Source: Spirochaetales bacterium (GTDB lineage Bacteria; Spirochaetota; Spirochaetia; DSM-2461). From it: a stretch of 64,000 nucleotides of DNA. Shown piece after piece: positions 59,947-64,000 of the stretch; position 1 is the stretch's first letter; each line of letters begins with the position of its first letter. The stretch lies in assembly GCA_016936295.1 (NCBI GenBank), contig JAFGYD010000100.1, forward strand, positions 426-64,425. Direction: 5' to 3'. The translations under genes were made by a program, and so were the position numbers. A model generated the notes under the pieces. The model was not told the DNA's origin and did not search any database. It saw only the letters and a program-made list of their open reading frames with translations.

Positions 59947-60969
59947 ATGAAGGTAACCATAAAAGATATTGCTGCTGTTGCCGGGGTTAGTCATTCAACT
60001 GTTTCAAGAGCATTGAATGACAGCCCCCAAATTAGCCAGGCAACTAAAGATAAGATCAAAGATATTGCTAGCTCCATGAATTTCGAGTTTAATTCAGGTG
60101 CAAGGAGTTTAAAAAGTAATAAAACTGGGAATATCGCAGTTGTGTACGAGGCCTATTACGATCAATTTGGTTCTTCATTGTATATTAATCAACTATTTAT
60201 GGAATTGCGGCACTACCTTGAACGAATGGATATGGATGCTATTTTATTAGAAGGTTATCACCCCGAAACTGGTGCAAGTAATATTGATAGATTACTTAGA
60301 CAGCAAAAGGTCGATGGTTTTTTAATTGTTCATAACAATGTAACAAAAAAGGATTATAACAGTATTATTGAGTCTGGTTTACCAATGGTTCAACTTCATA
60401 TGTATCCTAAAAATTATAATATTAATCAGTTAAACTATTTCCTCCCCGATAATTTTACAGGTGGTAAAACCGCCACTGAGAAATTAATTGAGTTGGGGTG
60501 CAAAAAAATATTGTCAGTATATCCCGATGATGTCTATTCTTACGAGTACAATCAAAGGACTAAAGGATATAAAAATGCCCTTGAAAATAGTGGGATTGAA
60601 TTCAGAGATGATTACTGTATTGCAATTCAATGTACTTACAATAGTGGGTATAATCTATTTAATACAATTCCTGAATTGCTAAAAACCATAGATGGAATAT
60701 TTTTCCAGACCGATATTCAAGCTTTTGGTTTTTTAAGCGCAGCAAAAGTTAGGGGTGTTTCAATCCCGGAGAGCATAAAAGTTATTGGTTTTGACGATGC
60801 TCCTGTGTGTGACTCCTCCATTCCTCAATTATCAACAATTCATCAACCTCGGAAGGAGTTAGCAGAAAGGGCCTGTCGAAGAATAATAGAACTTGTAAAT
60901 AAACAGAATACCGACAGTCTTGTTCAAGAGATAATACCCTCCAGACTAATAATGAGAGGATCCTGCTAA
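59947..60969 (+). CDS. LacI-family regulator
   Basis: TIKDIAAVAGVSHSTVSRALN, VIGFDD and PQLSTI. Confidence 0.94.
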   Translation: MKVTIKDIAAVAGVSHSTVSRALNDSPQISQATKDKIKDIASSMNFEFNSGARSLKSNKTGNIAVVYEAYYDQFGSSLYINQLFMELRHYLERMDMDAILLEGYHPETGASNIDRLLRQQKVDGFLIVHNNVTKKDYNSIIESGLPMVQLHMYPKNYNINQLNYFLPDNFTGGKTATEKLIELGCKKILSVYPDDVYSYEYNQRTKGYKNALENSGIEFRDDYCIAIQCTYNSGYNLFNTIPELLKTIDGIFFQTDIQAFGFLSAAKVRGVSIPESIKVIGFDDAPVCDSSIPQLSTIHQPRKELAERACRRIIELVNKQNTDSLVQEIIPSRLIMRGSC

Positions 60970-61087
60970 AAAATACTTAAAAACAAATAATATCTCCTTT
61001 AATCCTTGAAAAATTCAAGGAAAATAAAAAAATGTTTGTAAATCAGTTTCTCATCTACTACATTTTAAAATAAGTCCAACTTTTTTC

Positions 61088-61197
61088 TTGACAGACTAAA
61101 AAAGTGGATTTAATATAACCATAATGCACACGTGTGCGATGAATTAAGTATATATATTCGATAGGTTTATATATTTTGAAGATATCGTGTGCACGAT
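61088..61197 (+). promoter_or_regulatory. sigma70 promoter and operator palindromes upstream of aglE
   Basis: TTGACA-N17-TAATAT, GCACACGTGTGC at 61126-61137 and ATCGTGTGCACGAT at 61184-61197. Confidence 0.7.
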
Positions 61198-61262
61198 GGT
61201 TTAAGAAACTGTTAATGTCTCAAGCAGTTTATTAAAGAAATCATTTTAAAAAGGAGAGAGAG

Positions 61263-62594
61263 ATGAAAAAATTATTTGTTATGTTGATGCTGCTTTTAAG
61301 TACAGCAATGTTTTTAACAGCAAATGGAACTAAAGAGGACACAGGAAAAGATAAAGCTGTTGTCGATGCAAACGATCCCTATGCCGCAGTTCGTGGTAAG
61401 GTTGTTACAATGAGTGGTCCATTCGTGGATAACGATGCTGTAAAATTTGAAAACTCTATTAAGAGTTTCGAAGAGATGACAGGTATTGATATTCAGTATG
61501 AAGGATCAAAAGAGTTTGAAGCAACTATTGCAATTAGAATTGAAGGTGGAAATGCACCGGATATCGCAGATTTCCCTCAACCAGGACTATTAGAAAACTT
61601 TGTAAAAAAAGGATATGTTATCGACTTAAATAAAACTCTGGATATGAAAAAAGTTAAGGGTAACTATATTCAAAGTTGGTTAGATATGGCAACTATGAAG
61701 GCTCCGGAAGGTGACATCATGGCTGGACTTTGGGCTCGTGTAAATGGTAAATCACTAGTTTGGTATAATAAAAAAGCATTTGATGCAGCAGGATATAAAG
61801 TTCCAACTACATGGGCTGAATTAGTAGCATTACAAAATCAGATTATTGCAGATGGTGATACTCCATGGGCAATTGGTATTGAGTCTGGTGCTGCTACAGG
61901 TTGGGCAATGACTGACTGGGTAGAAGAGATGATGTTAAGAACAACTTCATTGGAAAACTATGACAGATGGGTTGCAGGAGAATTAAAATTTAATTCACCT
62001 GAAGTAAGAAAAGCTATTGAAGCTGTTGCTGAAATCTGGTTTGCAGATGGTATGGTTTATGGTGGTAGAAAAAGTATTACTACAACTAGTTTTGGTGATG
62101 CACCAAAGGTTATGTTTGAACAACCTCCAAAAGCATGGTTACATAAACAAGGGAACTTTATTACATCATTCTTCCCTGATAACTTAGTTGCTAACAAAGA
62201 TTACGACTTCTTCTACTTACCTAGTAAAGATGCTTCTTTAGGTAAACCTGTACTTGTTGCAGGAGATATCTATGCAATGTTTAACGATAGACCAGAAGTA
62301 AGAATGGTTATGCAGTACTTTGCAACTGGTGCTTCTGTTGAAGGCTGGGTAAAAGCTGGTGGAGCAATTTCTCCACATAAAGATTCACAACTTAGCTGGT
62401 ATACAAACGAAGTAGACAGAAAAGTAGCGGAAGTTATACAAAATGCTACAAGTGTTAGATTCGATGGATCAGACTTAATGCCTGGTGCAGTTGGAGCAGG
62501 TTCATTCTGGAGAGAGATGACTGATTATGTATTCGGTGCAAAAACTTTAGATCAAGCTGTTAAAGCAATAGATGCTTCCTGGCCACAGGAGTAA
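61263..62594 (+). CDS. aglE: Alpha-glucoside ABC substrate-binding protein, AglE-like
   Basis: PDIADFPQPG, KSLVWY, GIESGAATGW...DWVE and RFDGSDLMPGAVG. Confidence 0.85.
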   Translation: MKKLFVMLMLLLSTAMFLTANGTKEDTGKDKAVVDANDPYAAVRGKVVTMSGPFVDNDAVKFENSIKSFEEMTGIDIQYEGSKEFEATIAIRIEGGNAPDIADFPQPGLLENFVKKGYVIDLNKTLDMKKVKGNYIQSWLDMATMKAPEGDIMAGLWARVNGKSLVWYNKKAFDAAGYKVPTTWAELVALQNQIIADGDTPWAIGIESGAATGWAMTDWVEEMMLRTTSLENYDRWVAGELKFNSPEVRKAIEAVAEIWFADGMVYGGRKSITTTSFGDAPKVMFEQPPKAWLHKQGNFITSFFPDNLVANKDYDFFYLPSKDASLGKPVLVAGDIYAMFNDRPEVRMVMQYFATGASVEGWVKAGGAISPHKDSQLSWYTNEVDRKVAEVIQNATSVRFDGSDLMPGAVGAGSFWREMTDYVFGAKTLDQAVKAIDASWPQE

Positions 62595-62600
62595 TAATTC

Positions 62601-62639
62601 AGAAAAGGGGTGAACTGGGCTTTATCCCCTTTTCTTTTT
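62601..62639 (+). terminator. Intercistronic stem-loop
   Basis: AGAAAAGGGG...CCCCTTTTCT followed by a T-run. Confidence 0.7.
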
Positions 62640-62660
62640 AAATTAGGAGGAGGTAACTTT

Positions 62661-63749
62661 GTGTTAACTGACTTAATAAATAGGCCAAGTGAGAATAAGT
62701 TTTTTACTGTAATTTTAGCTATATTTACAGTTGCTATTCTTATTGGAGGTTTTTTTCTGCTTCAACAGATGCAGAGTGTAAAAGTTGTAATGACAATTTT
62801 TGCAGTAGTATGGGGAGTTGGTTCGGCTGCTCTTCTCTATTTTACAATGAATTCTATAGCCCAATCACTACCAAGAAAGTTTAGATCGGTATCGGTAGCC
62901 ATAGTATTTGCCGGTCCGGCAATAATTCTTCTTTTTTGGGCGTTGGTTCTACCTACATTTAGAACATTATGGTTCAGTTTTTTTGATTCAACAGGATCAA
63001 AATTTGTAGGATTAAAAAATTATATTTTTGCATTTTCAGATCCTGTAATGCTTGAAACTTTTAGAAACAATCTATTATGGATGTTTTTTGGGACATCCAG
63101 CTGTGTTATTCTAGGGCTTTTAATTGCTGTTCTTGCAGACAAAAGTAAATATGAAAAAGCTTTTAAATCCTTAATATTTATGCCTATGGCAATCTCTTTT
63201 GTTGGTGCAGGTGTAATTTGGAAATTTGTTTATGCCTATAAAGGTGAGGGAATTAATCTTACAGAAATTGGTCTTTTAAATGCTATTGTTGTTGGTTTTG
63301 GTGGAACTGCTCAACCATGGCTACTTATACCTTTCTGGAACAACTTCTTTTTAATATTCATAATGGTATGGCTTCAAACCGGGTATGCCATGGTAATAAT
63401 TTCATCTGCTATAAAAGCAATCCCAGGTGAATTAAATGAAGCAGCAAAGGTAGATGGTGCAAATGCTTTTACCATATTCTTTAGAATTACCGTTCCATAT
63501 ATCATGCCAACTATTATTACGGTTACAACAACCATTTTAATTTTCAGTTTAAAACTTTTTGATGTTGTGAGGGTTATGACAGGTGGTAATTACGGTACAA
63601 ATGTTATTGCCAACGAGTTCTATCTTCGTCAATTTACATATGGGAACACAGGACAGGCATCAGCAATTGCGATTGTTTTATTAGTCGTTATAATACCAGT
63701 TCTTTATTATAATCTAAAAGAGTTTAGAAGTAGGAAGGTGTTAAAATGA
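62661..63749 (+). CDS. aglF: Alpha-glucoside ABC permease, AglF-like (start re-placed at GTG 62661)
   Basis: KSLIFMPMAISFVGA, EAAKVDGA and an AGGAGG RBS before the GTG. Confidence 0.85.
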   Translation: MLTDLINRPSENKFFTVILAIFTVAILIGGFFLLQQMQSVKVVMTIFAVVWGVGSAALLYFTMNSIAQSLPRKFRSVSVAIVFAGPAIILLFWALVLPTFRTLWFSFFDSTGSKFVGLKNYIFAFSDPVMLETFRNNLLWMFFGTSSCVILGLLIAVLADKSKYEKAFKSLIFMPMAISFVGAGVIWKFVYAYKGEGINLTEIGLLNAIVVGFGGTAQPWLLIPFWNNFFLIFIMVWLQTGYAMVIISSAIKAIPGELNEAAKVDGANAFTIFFRITVPYIMPTIITVTTTILIFSLKLFDVVRVMTGGNYGTNVIANEFYLRQFTYGNTGQASAIAIVLLVVIIPVLYYNLKEFRSRKVLK

Positions 63750-64000
63750 CAAAAGCCAAGATTAAAATAAAAAAATCACAAGTTGCTATCGCTTTAGTAC
63801 TTATATTAATAGTTTCTGTTTGGACACTTCCTACTTTAGGAGTTTTGGTGACCTCTTTCAGGGATTCAACCGATATTTATAGTTCTGGTTGGTGGAGTGT
63901 TCTTCCCCATAAAGATATTGTTAAAACCGGTGAGTTTGAACTTCCCGCAGATACTGACCCTAATATGCCTTTAACATTAGAGGGGTATACAACTGACTTT
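63746..64000 (+). CDS. aglG: Alpha-glucoside ABC permease, AglG-like, 5' part (runs off the window edge)
   Basis: Manual translation MTKAKIKIKKSQVAIALVLILIVSVWTLPTLGVLVTSFRD...SSGWW. ATGA overlap with aglF. Confidence 0.82.
   Translation, partial: MTKAKIKIKKSQVAIALVLILIVSVWTLPTLGVLVTSFRDSTDIYSSGWWSVLPHKDIVKTGEFELPADTDPNMPLTLEGYTTDF

Noticed and set aside
7425-60682. Many short ORF-track entries antisense to or nested in long genes (e.g. 7425-7757, 28078-28518, 50446-50772, 55713-56060)
   Set aside because: They are shadow frames of well-supported genes, with no RBS or recognisable motifs.

Overview
AT-rich bacterial chromosomal segment, probably from a free-living spirochaete (inferred from LFAxGxxE-type signal peptides on the sugar-binding proteins, a TPR/Mrr-like protein and a multi-FlgD-Ig OmpA protein). 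The left part is housekeeping: panG-panB, two lipoproteins, mnmE-mnmG-rsmG, a lytic transglycosylase, uppP, ftsK and a GDPD. The middle is accessory: a cassette-like ktrB, an ECF sigma operon, an OmpR-type two-component system facing a MacAB/TolC-type exporter, and ccdAB. The right part holds carbohydrate loci: a furanose ABC importer with GH51, an ABC system with GH31, GH65, and aglEFG. No rRNA, tRNA, CRISPR array or transposase was recognised. The best candidate for an undescribed system is at 30457-38304. There a soluble histidine kinase uses a complete sugar-ABC ATPase (NBD) domain as its input module (NBD-PAS-HisKA-HATPase). It is paired with an NtrC-type activator and faces a consensus sigma54 promoter driving a ytfQRT-yjfF-like importer, which suggests a kinase that senses the transporter it controls. 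Also notable are a LacI gene whose HTH is only reachable from an ATT start, about 7 apparently leaderless genes, an MFS-HEAT/MBL-hydrolase pair and an orphan mini-MotA in the ECF operon. All calls come from reading motifs by eye; no database searches were run.
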